Source: Kofleriaceae bacterium
GTDB lineage: Bacteria > Myxococcota_A > Polyangia > Haliangiales > Haliangiaceae
Assembly (NCBI GenBank): GCA_036269175.1
Contig: DATASS010000840.1
Location: forward strand, 1,837-65,836
Reading direction: 5' to 3'
DNA: 64,000 nt
Each line of letters begins with the position of its first letter. Position 1 is the first letter of the stretch. This document shows positions 1-9,482 of the stretch, one piece after another. The notes below the pieces were generated by a model. It made no database searches. It saw nothing but the letters and a program-made list of their open reading frames with translations, and had not been told where the DNA came from. A program made the translations under genes and the position numbers.

Positions 1-479
1 AGATCTGGTTCGTGTTCAACGTGGTCGCGCCGTTCTTCCTGGTCGCGATGGCCGGCACCTACCTCGGCATCGCAGCCGCCGCGCTGGCGGCCGCGCGCGA
101 TCACCTGCTCGAGCGCAGGCACGCGCACACCGGGCTGCGCCTCGCCGACCAGCCGATCGTGCAGCACCGGTTCGGGACGCTGTGGGCCGAGCTGCTGCGC
201 ACCCGCGCGCTGGTGTGGGACGCCGCGCGGATGGGCGATGACGGCGATCCCGACGCGCTGCCCGCGCTGTGCTCGGCCAAGGCCGAGGTCGCCATCACCG
301 CCGAGCACATCACCACGGAAGCCATGACGCTGCTCGGCGGCCGCGGCTACGGCAACGGGCACCCGCTGCAGCGCATGTATCGCGACGCGCGCGCGGCGCA
401 CGTGATGGCCCCGCCCACCGATCTGCTGCGGACCTGGACCGGCCGTGCGGTGCTCGGCTTGCCGATCCTCGGAGAGTGA
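1..479 (+). CDS. acyl-CoA dehydrogenase, C-terminal fragment (5' end outside window)
   Basis: The reading frame is open to the window edge. The C-terminal sequence is ACAD-like (GGRGYGNGHPLQRMYRDARAAHVMAPPTD). Stop TGA at 477-479. Confidence 0.8.
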   Translation, partial: IWFVFNVVAPFFLVAMAGTYLGIAAAALAAARDHLLERRHAHTGLRLADQPIVQHRFGTLWAELLRTRALVWDAARMGDDGDPDALPALCSAKAEVAITAEHITTEAMTLLGGRGYGNGHPLQRMYRDARAAHVMAPPTDLLRTWTGRAVLGLPILGE

Positions 480-2407
480 TGCGGCGCGCGGTCGCCATCG
501 ACCTCGACGCGGACACCCGCGCGGTGGTCGCGCAGCTCGCCGCCGACGAGGGGCTCGCGCTCGAGGTGTGGGACCCCGCGGTGACCTCGACCGTGCCCGA
601 GCGCACCGCCGACATCGATCTCGTGGTGCTGGGCGCGGTCGCGACGCCGACCCGCCAGATCCGGCGCTGCCAGCTCGCCCTGCCCCGCGTGCCGGTGATC
701 GTCGTGCAGCCGGAGGCCGCGTGCCGTGCGCTGGCCGAGGCGCTCCGGATCAGCCCGTTCGGCGCGCGCGACGTCGACTGCGTGCCGCTCGAGGCGAGCG
801 ACCTGCTGCGCGAGCGCGTGCACGCGGCCCTGGCGCGGCATCGTCGGCGGGCCAGCCTCGGCGACGCCCTCGACTCGCTCAATCGCCAGCTCGCGGCGGC
901 GCCCGCGGCGCAGCGCGGCGCCGCGGCGCTGCTCGGTCGCCTGCTCGCGATCGCGCCGATCGGGGTCGCGATCATCGACCGCGGCGGCATGGTTCGCGAG
1001 CTCAACCCGCGCGCCGCGCAGCTGCTCGGCGGGCCGGGCGCCGGGCCGATCGGCGCCGCGATCTGGCAGCGGTTTCGCGAGCCCGACGCGCAGCGGCTGC
1101 GGACGCTGCTCGCGCAGCTCGACGACGACGGCGACGTACGGCACGAGGTGTTCGCGCGCGAGCTCGACGGCCGGGTGTGCCACATCGAGATCAGCGGCGC
1201 GGCGCTGCCACCGGCAACCGGAACACCGGGCTGCCTGCTGGTCCTCGAGGACGCGACGCAGCGGCTCCAGCTGGTCGCCCGGCTCACCGCGGCCGACCGG
1301 GCCAAGGACGAGTTCCTCGCGATGCTCGGCCACGAGCTGCGCAATCCGCTCGCGCCGATCCTGACCGCCGTCGAGCTGCTGCGCATGCGCGACGACCCGT
1401 CGCTGGTCCAGTTCACCGAGCTGATCCAGCGCCACGTCGAGCACATGGTGCAGCTGGTCGACGACCTGCTCGACGTCGCGCGCATCGCGCAGGGCAAGCT
1501 CGAGCTGCGGCAGCGGCGGACCGAGCTGGTGCGCGTGATCGCGCAGGCGGTCGAGGCGGCGAGCGCGCAGCTCGAGCGCGAGGCCCAGCGGCTCGAGGTC
1601 GATGTGCCCGCCCACGGCCTGCCGGTGTTCGCCGACGAGGGCCGGCTCGCCCAGGTGTTCGTGAATCTGCTCACCAACGCGTCGAAGTACAGCGCGCGCG
1701 GCGCGACGATCGAGATCACGGCCCGCGTCGAGGCCGACCAGGTCGTCGCGCGGGTCTCCGATCACGGCCCGGGCATCGCGCCGGAGCTCCTGCCGCGGAT
1801 CTTCGAGCCGTTCGTGCAGGAGCGGCAGTCGATCGAGCGCGCGCGCGGCGGGCTCGGCCTCGGGCTCGCGATCGTCAAGAACCTCGTCACACTGCACGGC
1901 GGCAGCGTGGCCGCGATCAGCGAGCTCGGCCGTGGCAGCGAGTTCGTCATCCGGCTGCCGCTCACCGAGCCGGCGGACGATGCACCGGCGCCCGCCCCCG
2001 CCCGTCCGGCCCCCAGCCGGCTGGCCGGCCGGCGGGTGCTGATCGTGGACGACAACGTCGATGCGGCGACGCTGCTCGCGGACTACCTCGCGATGCTCGG
2101 CTGCCGGGTCGAGACCGCGCACGACGGCCCCGACGCGCTCCAGATCGGCCCGCCATTCCAGCCCCAGATCGTTCTGCTCGACATCGGTCTGCCCGTGCTC
2201 GACGGATACGAGGTCGCGCGGCGGCTGCGCGCGATCGACACCCTCGCGTCGGTGCCGTTCATCGCGATCAGCGGGTACGGCCACGGCGACGCCCACGAGC
2301 GGTCGAGACAGGCCGGGTTCTTCGCGCACCTGGTCAAGCCGGTGTCGCTCGAGGCGCTGCGCGATGCGCTGCTGCGCGCGATGTCCGCGGGAGACGCGCC
2401 TCGCTGA
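479..2407 (+). CDS. hybrid sensor histidine kinase / response regulator (REC-like, PAS, HisKA, HATPase, REC)
   Basis: ATG 479 overlaps the upstream stop (TGATG). H-box DEFLAMLGHELRNPL, N/G boxes NLLTNASKYS, DHGPGI and GGLGLGLAIV, and a C-terminal receiver (VLIVDDN...LLDIGLPVLDG...LVKP). Confidence 0.9.
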   Translation: MRRAVAIDLDADTRAVVAQLAADEGLALEVWDPAVTSTVPERTADIDLVVLGAVATPTRQIRRCQLALPRVPVIVVQPEAACRALAEALRISPFGARDVDCVPLEASDLLRERVHAALARHRRRASLGDALDSLNRQLAAAPAAQRGAAALLGRLLAIAPIGVAIIDRGGMVRELNPRAAQLLGGPGAGPIGAAIWQRFREPDAQRLRTLLAQLDDDGDVRHEVFARELDGRVCHIEISGAALPPATGTPGCLLVLEDATQRLQLVARLTAADRAKDEFLAMLGHELRNPLAPILTAVELLRMRDDPSLVQFTELIQRHVEHMVQLVDDLLDVARIAQGKLELRQRRTELVRVIAQAVEAASAQLEREAQRLEVDVPAHGLPVFADEGRLAQVFVNLLTNASKYSARGATIEITARVEADQVVARVSDHGPGIAPELLPRIFEPFVQERQSIERARGGLGLGLAIVKNLVTLHGGSVAAISELGRGSEFVIRLPLTEPADDAPAPAPARPAPSRLAGRRVLIVDDNVDAATLLADYLAMLGCRVETAHDGPDALQIGPPFQPQIVLLDIGLPVLDGYEVARRLRAIDTLASVPFIAISGYGHGDAHERSRQAGFFAHLVKPVSLEALRDALLRAMSAGDAPR

Positions 2408-2470
2408 GCCGTCACCGCGCCCGCCAGCGCCGGCGCCGCCCCTCGCGGCGAATCATGAAATGCTCTCGCG

Positions 2471-4000
2471 ATGAGCTTCCGGGCGACGTACTTCGGATGG
2501 CAGGGCTGGCTGTTCGAGACCGATCGCGCGGCGGTCGCGATCGATCCGCTGCTCATCGATCAGATCGGGCGCGGCCCGCGCCACACCCGGATCAACTTCA
2601 TGTTCCGCGAGTCGCGCGAGTTCACGCTCGGCCGGCTACCGCCGCTCGACGCCCTGGTGTTCAGCCACGAGCACGAGGACCACTTCAGCGTCGCGACGCT
2701 GGCCCGGCTCGATCGCCGGGTCCCGCTCTATGTGTCACGCCGGGTGTCGGCCGCCGCCCGCGACCTGCTCGCCGAGCTCGGGTTCACGACGCACTACGTC
2801 GATCACGGCGACACCCTGGTGTTCGGCGACCTCGAGGTCCGGCTGTTCGGCGCCGACCACCACGCCACGGTCGCCAGCTTCGACGAGTGGGACGCGCTGG
2901 CGTTCCTGGCCCGCCAGCGCAGCGGCGATGGTGGGATGTTCTCCAACGTCGACATCTCGATCAGCCACGAGATGGCCGATGTGATCCGCGACACCGCGGC
3001 GCGCGACCGCGGCCTGCTGATGTTCGTGCGCGGCGAGGTCTCGCTGTCCAGCGGCGTCGCGCCGACCGCGGCCGACGGCGAGCACCCGCGTGGCACCGCC
3101 GCCACACCGATCGACGAGGTGGCGCCGCGGTTGCGCGCCGGCCAGCGCGTCGTGGCGCGGCCCGGCACGATGTTCGAGCTGGTCGCCGGTGAGCGGGTCC
3201 GGGTCGCGGCCGAGACCGCGTTCCTGCGCACGATCCCGGGGCCGCCGCGGGTGCCGCCCCGGGCATTCGCGCTGCCCGCCGGCGTGATGCCGGAGCGGTC
3301 GCTGCTCGGCATCGCCGCCGGCGAGCGCGATCGGCCCGAGCTCGAGGCCGCGCTGCGTGAGCTGGCCGAGCACATGTACGGCCGGCACATCTATCGCTAC
3401 CTGATGACCCTGCCGCCGCGCTACACCGGCAAGCGCGTTCACAGCTTCGTGCTGGCGTTCCTCACCAGCCCCAGCGGCCCGGAGTGGTTCTACGAGTACG
3501 TGCCAGGCGCATGCGGGTTTCGCGTAGTCGACATCGACTTCGACACCGCCGTCGAACGCTACCTCGGGGTGGTCGTGCTGTGGGTCGGTGACTACCTCGC
3601 GGTGGTGCGCGGCGAGGTGGAGCCCCGCGCGATCCACTGCGCGACCCAGGAGGACTGGGCGATCGAGGACCCCGAGCTGCCCGGCCTGCGCCTCGTGCTG
3701 TGGTCATTTTACCATCCGCAGCGGTTCCCGGGCCGCGTGCTCGCCCAGTACCGGCGGGCGGTCGCCCTCGAGACCTCCGACGCCCCCGCCGCGGTGTGGC
3801 GCGCGGCGCGCCGGCGCCCGTCCCGGCGGTCCGCGGACCGGACAAGGCCCACCGCGCAGGCCGTGGCGAAGTCCAGACCGGCCCGCGCCGAGCCGCGGCG
3901 GCCACCCCGCTCGCCGCGCGTCCGGCATGCACGTGGCGCGCCGGCTGCCAAGCCACCGCGACGCGCCCAGCACGGCGGGCGGCATCGGTCTGCCAGCTGA
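2471..4000 (+). CDS. MBL-fold metallo-hydrolase with an uncharacterised C-terminal half
   Basis: HEHEDH (HxHxDH) motif in the N-terminal half. The ~250-aa C-terminal half has no motif I recognise. The last ~70 aa are Arg/Pro-rich and may not all be genuine coding sequence. Confidence 0.7.
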   Translation: MSFRATYFGWQGWLFETDRAAVAIDPLLIDQIGRGPRHTRINFMFRESREFTLGRLPPLDALVFSHEHEDHFSVATLARLDRRVPLYVSRRVSAAARDLLAELGFTTHYVDHGDTLVFGDLEVRLFGADHHATVASFDEWDALAFLARQRSGDGGMFSNVDISISHEMADVIRDTAARDRGLLMFVRGEVSLSSGVAPTAADGEHPRGTAATPIDEVAPRLRAGQRVVARPGTMFELVAGERVRVAAETAFLRTIPGPPRVPPRAFALPAGVMPERSLLGIAAGERDRPELEAALRELAEHMYGRHIYRYLMTLPPRYTGKRVHSFVLAFLTSPSGPEWFYEYVPGACGFRVVDIDFDTAVERYLGVVVLWVGDYLAVVRGEVEPRAIHCATQEDWAIEDPELPGLRLVLWSFYHPQRFPGRVLAQYRRAVALETSDAPAAVWRAARRRPSRRSADRTRPTAQAVAKSRPARAEPRRPPRSPRVRHARGAPAAKPPRRAQHGGRHRSAS

Positions 4001-4166
4001 CGCCGCGCCCGCGGGCAGTGACGCGGGCGCACCGAGATGGCGACCTGGTGGCGCCGCGCGCGAGCGCCGTGCACGCAGCGAGCGCCGACGACACCGAGCC
4101 GATCGTTCCCCGATCGTGCCGCACGATTTGTTCGACTCGCGCGCGCCGATCAGCGAAACTTGCATC

Positions 4167-5153
4167 GTGGCGCGTCTCGCCGTCGTCCGTCTCGGTGCAG
4201 TTGCCGTCGCGGTCGCAGCGCTGGTGCCTGCCGCGCGCGCCGACATCCGCACGCCCGGTCCCGCGGCTGCGTCGGAGCCGTCCGTGCTGCCGGAGCGATT
4301 GCCGGCGCTGGATCCGGCGCGTCCGGCCGGTGCCGACGTGGTCGCGCCCGCGGTCGCGCCGGCGCCGGGCGAGCTGCTCGACGAGCGCGTGCACGCCGGG
4401 CGGCACTGGCGGCTCGACACCGCGCGCGGCGCCGTCCACGTCTGGGCGCCGGCCGACTACGACGCCGAGACCGCCGCCGCGGTGGTGTTCGTCCACGGCT
4501 ACTGGGTCGGCGTCGACGAGGCGTGGGACAGCTACCGGCTCGCCGAGCAGTTCGCGCTGTCGGGGATCAACGCGCTGTTCATCGTGCCCGAGGCGCCGGC
4601 GGCCAAGTGGGAGTCGATCGCATGGCCCTCGCTCGCCGATCTGCTGCGCACCGTAGCCGAGCGCGTCGACGTCGCGATGCCGGCGCACCGGCTGGTCGCG
4701 GTCGGCCACTCCGGCGCGTACCGCACGCTCGGGCTGTGGCTGGCCAACCCCGCGCTCGACACCGTCGTGCTGCTCGACGCGCTGTACTGCGACTACGGCC
4801 TGCTCGGCTGGGTGCGCGCGTCCAAGCAGCGCCGGCTGGTCAACATCGTCTACGAGACCGGCCGCTACAGCGAGTACCTGCACCGCCGCCTGCCCAGCAC
4901 CCGCCGGGTCGACGGCCTGCCCGCCGACGGCCTGCCCGACGCGCGCATCGTCTATGTCCGGACCGGCGCGGGCCACTGGGAGCTGGTCACCGACGGCGTC
5001 GCGCTGCCGCTCGCGCTGCGGGCGATCGACGTGCCGCGGCTGGGCTCGGCGCCGGATCTGCCGCTCGGCCTGCCGCCGCGCGATCCGCCACCCGGCGCCG
5101 ACGATGCGATCCCGCTCCGGCTGCTCGAGCGCGGCCCCGAGTTCACGCCGTGA
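4167..5153 (+). CDS. secreted alpha/beta-hydrolase-like protein
   Basis: In-frame GTG at 4167 followed by a signal-like sequence (ARLAVVRLGAVAVAVAALVPAARA). GHSGA nucleophile-elbow-like motif and a VVFVHGYW strand. The start codon is inferred. Confidence 0.6.
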   Translation: MARLAVVRLGAVAVAVAALVPAARADIRTPGPAAASEPSVLPERLPALDPARPAGADVVAPAVAPAPGELLDERVHAGRHWRLDTARGAVHVWAPADYDAETAAAVVFVHGYWVGVDEAWDSYRLAEQFALSGINALFIVPEAPAAKWESIAWPSLADLLRTVAERVDVAMPAHRLVAVGHSGAYRTLGLWLANPALDTVVLLDALYCDYGLLGWVRASKQRRLVNIVYETGRYSEYLHRRLPSTRRVDGLPADGLPDARIVYVRTGAGHWELVTDGVALPLALRAIDVPRLGSAPDLPLGLPPRDPPPGADDAIPLRLLERGPEFTP

Positions 5154-5154
5154 C

Positions 5155-6468
5155 ATGACGGGCCACACCGGCCGGCTCCGGCGGATCCTGGGCGTCGGGT
5201 TCGGGCTGGGCGTGAGCGTCGGCGGTACGCTCGGCGTCGGCATCCTGCGCATGCCGGGCGAGATCGCCGCGCAGCTCCACGCGCCGTCGGTGATCGTCGC
5301 AGCCTGGCTCGCCGGCGGGCTGTACACGCTGCTGGTCGCGATCTGCCTGACCGAGCTCGGCACGATGGTGCCCCAGGACGGCGGCTACTGCGTCTACGCG
5401 CGCCGCGCGTTCGGCGACTGGATCGGCCTGGCGGTCGGCTGGACCGACTGGTCCACGTCGTGCGCCGCGCTCGGCTACCTGTCGATCGCGATGAGCGAGT
5501 TCCTCGCCGCGCTGATCCCCGGCCTGGCCGGCGCGATCCGGCCGACCGCGATCGCGATCCTGATCGGGTTCGTCGTGCTGCAGTGGGCGGGCGTGCGGAT
5601 CTCGAGCTGGTTCCAGGAGTGGACCACCGCGATCAAGTGCGCCGCGTTCCTCGCGCTCGTGGTCGCCGCGTTCGCGCTGTCCGGCCGCGCCGCCCCCGCC
5701 CCCACCGCGCCGGCTCCGCCCGTGACCCTGACCGGCGCGAGCGTCGCGCTGCAGCAGGTCGTGATGACCTACGCCGGGTGGCAGGGCGCGCTGTACTTCA
5801 CCGAGGAGGACCGCGATCCGGACCGCAACCTGCCGCGCGTGGTGATCGGCAGCGTGCTCGCCGTGCTCGCGATCTACCTGCTGGTCAACCTGGCGCTGCT
5901 CGCGATCCTGCCGATCGCCGAGCTGTCCGGCTCGACCCTGCCCGCCGCCGACGCCGCGCGCCACCTCGCCGGCGCCCGCGGCGCCCAGATCATCACCGTG
6001 CTGTCGCTGATCGCCGCGCCGCCGATCCTCAACTCGGTGATGATGGTCGGCACCCGGATCCTGTTCGCGCTCGGCCGCGATCGCCTGGTGTGGTCGCGCG
6101 CCGCCGACATCAACGCCGGTGGCACCCCGGGCATCGCGACGCTGATCACCACCGCCGTCGCGGTCGCGCTGATCGCCACCGGCACGTTCCAGCGCCTGGT
6201 CGCGATCGCCGCGCTCTACCTCGCGCTCAACTACGCGATCTGCTGCGTCGCGCTGGTCGTGCTGCGCCGCCGCGAGCCGGCCACGCCTCGCCCGTTCCGC
6301 GCCTGGGGCTACCCGTGGTCGGCCGCGATCGTCGTCGCCGGCGCGCTCGCGTTCCTGCCCGGCGCCGTGCTCGCCGACCCGGCCGCGGCCGGCCTCGCCG
6401 CCGCCCTGCTCGCGGCCGGCCTCGCCATTCACGCCGTGCGCCTCGCGATCGGGCGGCTCCGGCGCTAG
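5155..6468 (+). CDS. APC-family amino acid permease
   Basis: ATG lies 1 nt after the upstream stop. The protein is polytopic and hydrophobic, with an APC-like N-terminus (GVGFGLGVSVGGTLGVGILRMPGE) and YLALNYAICC. Confidence 0.85.
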   Translation: MTGHTGRLRRILGVGFGLGVSVGGTLGVGILRMPGEIAAQLHAPSVIVAAWLAGGLYTLLVAICLTELGTMVPQDGGYCVYARRAFGDWIGLAVGWTDWSTSCAALGYLSIAMSEFLAALIPGLAGAIRPTAIAILIGFVVLQWAGVRISSWFQEWTTAIKCAAFLALVVAAFALSGRAAPAPTAPAPPVTLTGASVALQQVVMTYAGWQGALYFTEEDRDPDRNLPRVVIGSVLAVLAIYLLVNLALLAILPIAELSGSTLPAADAARHLAGARGAQIITVLSLIAAPPILNSVMMVGTRILFALGRDRLVWSRAADINAGGTPGIATLITTAVAVALIATGTFQRLVAIAALYLALNYAICCVALVVLRRREPATPRPFRAWGYPWSAAIVVAGALAFLPGAVLADPAAAGLAAALLAAGLAIHAVRLAIGRLRR

Positions 6469-7109
6469 CCCTTCGGCTGGACGCCGCTACAGATCTTCGC
6501 CGGGTCGGCCCGGGTCAGATCGTTCATCCAGTTGACCTCCCAGGTCTTGCCGTCGAACGAGAACGCCTGCTCCCAGTGGGCGTGGTCCGGCCCGTGCTTG
6601 ATCCACAGGTAGCGCACCTTGACCGGGCGGCCGTCGTCCTCGTCCTCGCCGTAGAACTCGCCGCGATCGCCGTCGAACCCGCCGAACACCCCCGAGTCCA
6701 TCACGCCTTTCCGGCTGCTGACCCAGTGGATCGACCACTGGCGCTTCTCGAGGTCGAAGTTGCGGACCGTCACCCCGCCCCAGCCCAGGGTCGGGAACTT
6801 CAGCTCGTCGACGTTGACCGTGCTGCCCAGGTAGACCGCGCCGCAGTCCACCGCCGGGAACTCGTCCCACTGCCGGTCCTTGTCGGCGACCCAGCGCTTC
6901 TTGAGCCGGCGGTTCTGCAGCGTCCACGCCCCGGCGATGAAGTCGAAGTCGTGGAGGTTGCCGGTGTGCGCCATGGTGTAGGCGTAGGTGCCGGCCGGGC
7001 TGGCGTCCGCCTTGCCGGCGGGCGGCGGCCCGGCCTCGGCGGGCGCGCACGCGGTGGAGGTCAGCCAGGGCACGAGACAGGCGGTGAGCAGACCGAGATG
7101 GTTTCGCAT
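6465..7109 (-). CDS. hypothetical lipoprotein / secreted protein
   Basis: MRNHLGLLTACLVPWLTSTAC signal with lipobox-like Cys residues. The coding texture is clean and Trp-rich. I do not recognise the family. Its end overlaps the convergent permease stop by 4 nt. Confidence 0.65.
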   Translation of the reverse strand: MRNHLGLLTACLVPWLTSTACAPAEAGPPPAGKADASPAGTYAYTMAHTGNLHDFDFIAGAWTLQNRRLKKRWVADKDRQWDEFPAVDCGAVYLGSTVNVDELKFPTLGWGGVTVRNFDLEKRQWSIHWVSSRKGVMDSGVFGGFDGDRGEFYGEDEDDGRPVKVRYLWIKHGPDHAHWEQAFSFDGKTWEVNWMNDLTRADPAKICSGVQPKG

Positions 7110-7172
7110 GGGTCCAGCCTGTGCCGCCATGCTTGCCAGTGCGTGTCATGTATGATCCGCATCGTCGAATTC

Positions 7173-8219
7173 ATGCGCGCGAGCCGGCTGGTCTCGATTC
7201 TCCTGATGCTGCAGACCCGCGGCCGGGTCAGCGCGCGCGTGCTCGCCGAGCACCTCGAGGTCTCGATCCGCACCGTGTACCGCGACATCGACGAGCTCAG
7301 CGCGTCCGGCGTCCCGGTGGTGGTCGAGCGCGGCGCCACCGGCGGGTTCGAGCTGCTCGATGGCTGGCGGACCACGCTGACCGGCCTCACCCCCGACGAG
7401 TCGCAGACCCTGTTCCTGTCCGGCCTGCCCGGCCCCGCCGCCGAGCTCGGGCTCGGCGACACCATGGCGTCGGCCCACCTCAAGCTGCTCGCCGCCCTGC
7501 CCCGCGAGTGGCAGCGCGAGGCCGAGCGGGTCAGCTCGCGGTTCCACGTCGATCTCGCCGGCTGGTACCGCCGGATCGCCCCGGTCCGCCACCTGCGCGC
7601 GCTCGCCGACGCGGTGTGGGCGGATCGCTGGATCGCGATCCGCTACGAGAGCTGGGACGGCATGGTCGAGCGCGAGCTCGAGCCGCTCGGCCTGGTGATC
7701 AAGGCGGGCGAGTGGTACCTGGCGGCCCAGCCGCACGGCGGCCGCCGCGCGCCGACCCCGCGGACCTACCGGGTGTCCAACATCCGCGAGCTCACCGTGC
7801 AGGGCAGCTTCCCCCGCCCCGGCCGGTTCGATCTCGCCGCGTACTGGAGCGAGTCGACGCGGCGGTTCGAGCGCGAGATCTACCGCGGCACGGCCGACGT
7901 CCGGCTGTCGCCGCGCGGCCGCAAGCTCCTGTGCAGCGCCAGCGCCGCGGTCGAGGACGCGATCGGGGCGGCGATCGAGGCGGCGATCGCCCAGCCGCCC
8001 GGCGTCGGCGCCGACGGCTGGCTGCGCGTCACGATCCCGATCGAGTCGCTCGGCCACGCCACCGGCCAGCTGCTGTCGCTCGGCATCGACGCCGAGGTCG
8101 TCGGCCCGCCCGAGCTGCGCGCCCAGGTCCGCGACACCGCCCAGGCGGTCGCCGAGCGGTACCGCGGCGCAGCCTCGGCCCCCGCGGCCAGACGCCGCCG
8201 CGCGCGGAAGCTGGCATAG
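7173..8219 (+). CDS. YafY-family transcriptional regulator (HTH + WYL domain)
   Basis: N-terminal HTH (MRASRLVSILLMLQTRGRVSARVLAEHLEVSIRTVYRDIDEL) and a WYL core (RWIAIRYESWDG...GEWYLAAQ). Divergent from the 6465-7109 gene. Confidence 0.85.
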   Translation: MRASRLVSILLMLQTRGRVSARVLAEHLEVSIRTVYRDIDELSASGVPVVVERGATGGFELLDGWRTTLTGLTPDESQTLFLSGLPGPAAELGLGDTMASAHLKLLAALPREWQREAERVSSRFHVDLAGWYRRIAPVRHLRALADAVWADRWIAIRYESWDGMVERELEPLGLVIKAGEWYLAAQPHGGRRAPTPRTYRVSNIRELTVQGSFPRPGRFDLAAYWSESTRRFEREIYRGTADVRLSPRGRKLLCSASAAVEDAIGAAIEAAIAQPPGVGADGWLRVTIPIESLGHATGQLLSLGIDAEVVGPPELRAQVRDTAQAVAERYRGAASAPAARRRRARKLA

Positions 8220-8227
8220 TTGCCGCC

Positions 8228-9055
8228 ATGCCCGTGGACCCCGTGATCTCGGCGCGCGATGTCGCCGCGCTGACCGATGCCGTGATCGTCGACTGCCGCC
8301 CCGACCCCCGCGCCTATGCCGCGGGCCACCTGCCCGGCGCCCGCCACGCCCAGCTCGAGCGCGACCTCGCCGGCCCGGTCCCCGATCCGGCGCAGGGCGG
8401 TCGCCACCCGCTGCCGGCCATCCCGGACTTCACCGCCAGGCTCGGCCGCTGGGGCATCACCCCGCTCACGCCGGTGGTCGCCTACGATGATCAGAGCGGC
8501 GCCAACGCCGCGGCCCGCCTGTGGTGGCTGCTCAAGGCGCTCGGCCACCCCCACGTCCGCGTCGTCGACGGCGGGTTCGCGGCCCTGCGCGCCGCCGGCT
8601 ACCCGCTCACCACCGACGAGCCGCCGCCCGCGAGCGAGGATCGGTTCCCCGCCGTCGCGTGGATGCGCGACACCGCCGACATCGACGAGGTCGAGCGCGC
8701 CCGGACCGCAGCCGACCGCCGCGTGATCGACGTCCGCGCCGCGTTCCGGTTCCGCGGCGAGAGCGAGCCGATCGATCCGATCGCCGGCCACATCCCGGGC
8801 GCGCGCAACGCCCCCTACGCCGACAACCTGAACCCCGACGGCAGCTTCAAGTCCGCCGCCGAGCTGCACGCCCATCTCACCGCCGCGCTCGACGGCATCC
8901 CCCCCGAGCGCGCCATCCTCCATTGCGGCTCGGGCGTCACCGCCTGCCACACCTTGCTCGCCATGGAGCGCGCCGGCCTGCGCGGCGCCAAGCTCTACGT
9001 GGGCTCGTGGAGCGAGTGGTGCCGCCGCCCCGACCGCGAGCGCGAGCCGGCGTAG
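8228..9055 (+). CDS. sseA: 3-mercaptopyruvate/thiosulfate sulfurtransferase (tandem rhodanese)
   Basis: Active-site loop HCGSGVTACH, two rhodanese halves, C-terminus GSWSEWCRRPDREREPA*. Confidence 0.85.
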   Translation: MPVDPVISARDVAALTDAVIVDCRPDPRAYAAGHLPGARHAQLERDLAGPVPDPAQGGRHPLPAIPDFTARLGRWGITPLTPVVAYDDQSGANAAARLWWLLKALGHPHVRVVDGGFAALRAAGYPLTTDEPPPASEDRFPAVAWMRDTADIDEVERARTAADRRVIDVRAAFRFRGESEPIDPIAGHIPGARNAPYADNLNPDGSFKSAAELHAHLTAALDGIPPERAILHCGSGVTACHTLLAMERAGLRGAKLYVGSWSEWCRRPDREREPA

Positions 9056-9140
9056 TCAGGACCTGCGGCGCAGCATGGCGAGCTCGATCGCATCGCGGCG
9101 GCGTACCTCGGCGCGCGTGCGCATGGCATGGAAGGCGCCT
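9056..9140 (-). pseudogene. decayed relic of an M20-peptidase 3' end (copy 1)
   Basis: The minus-strand translation ...FHAMRTRAEVRRRDAIELAMLRRRS* resembles the intact peptidase C-terminus ...NMRIGHYVEGIRAMLAMLRRTY*. A 20-nt exact match links 9064-9083 to 10539-10558. The relic directly abuts the sseA stop. Confidence 0.45.
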
Positions 9141-9147
9141 CCGCGCG

Positions 9148-9186
9148 GCGAGTAGCTCGACGCTCCGCGAGCGCGAGCCGGCGTGA
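9148..9186 (+). repeat. degenerate copy of the sseA 3' end (copy 1)
   Basis: The 20-mer ccgcgagcgcgagccggcgt at 9165-9184 equals 9034-9053. It encodes the same REREPA* tail, with TGA instead of TAG. Confidence 0.55.
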
Positions 9187-9195
9187 TCCAGCGCG

Positions 9196-9414
9196 CTACT
9201 GCTGGTGGGTCGGGGGGAAGGTCTGCGAGATCTGCCCACCACAGCAGTCTTCGACCGTGAAGCTACCATTGGGGAGTACGTTCACCACGCACCGATTCGT
9301 GCAGGTAACGGTCTGGCCACCCACGTGCACGGTGTCCGTCGCCAGCGCCGTCGATGAGATCATGGTCACCGACATCACGACCATCACGCCCACGATCGAC
9401 TTCAATTTTTTCAT
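9196..9414 (-). CDS. small secreted Cys-containing peptide (72 aa precursor)
   Basis: Sec signal MKKLKSIVGVMVVMSVTMISSTALA, then a 47-aa mature part with 4 Cys (CTNRC...CC). GAGGAG lies 9 nt upstream of the ATG. G+C is visibly lower than in the flanks. Confidence 0.65.
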   Translation of the reverse strand: MKKLKSIVGVMVVMSVTMISSTALATDTVHVGGQTVTCTNRCVVNVLPNGSFTVEDCCGGQISQTFPPTHQQ

Positions 9415-9468
9415 GGGGCTTTTCTCCTCGCCAAAGTACGTATTGGCATTGGATCAGCATATAAGAAA

Positions 9469-9482
9469 TGACCTCATGGTCA
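9469..9482. promoter_or_regulatory. inverted repeat TGACC-N4-GGTCA upstream of the small peptide gene
   Basis: Perfect 5-bp arms, located 55-68 nt upstream of the ATG at 9414, within an AT-rich stretch. Confidence 0.3.

Noticed and set aside
445-3192. 915-aa ORF, and similar very long ORFs (16378-18774 portion, 18969-21713, 38985-41834, 44447-45787 portion, 61015-63669 minus strand, and others)
   Set aside because: The translations are Arg/Pro/Gly/Ala-rich and low in complexity. They run in alternative or antisense frames of genes with clear domain signatures, which is the typical absence of stop codons in ~70% G+C DNA.
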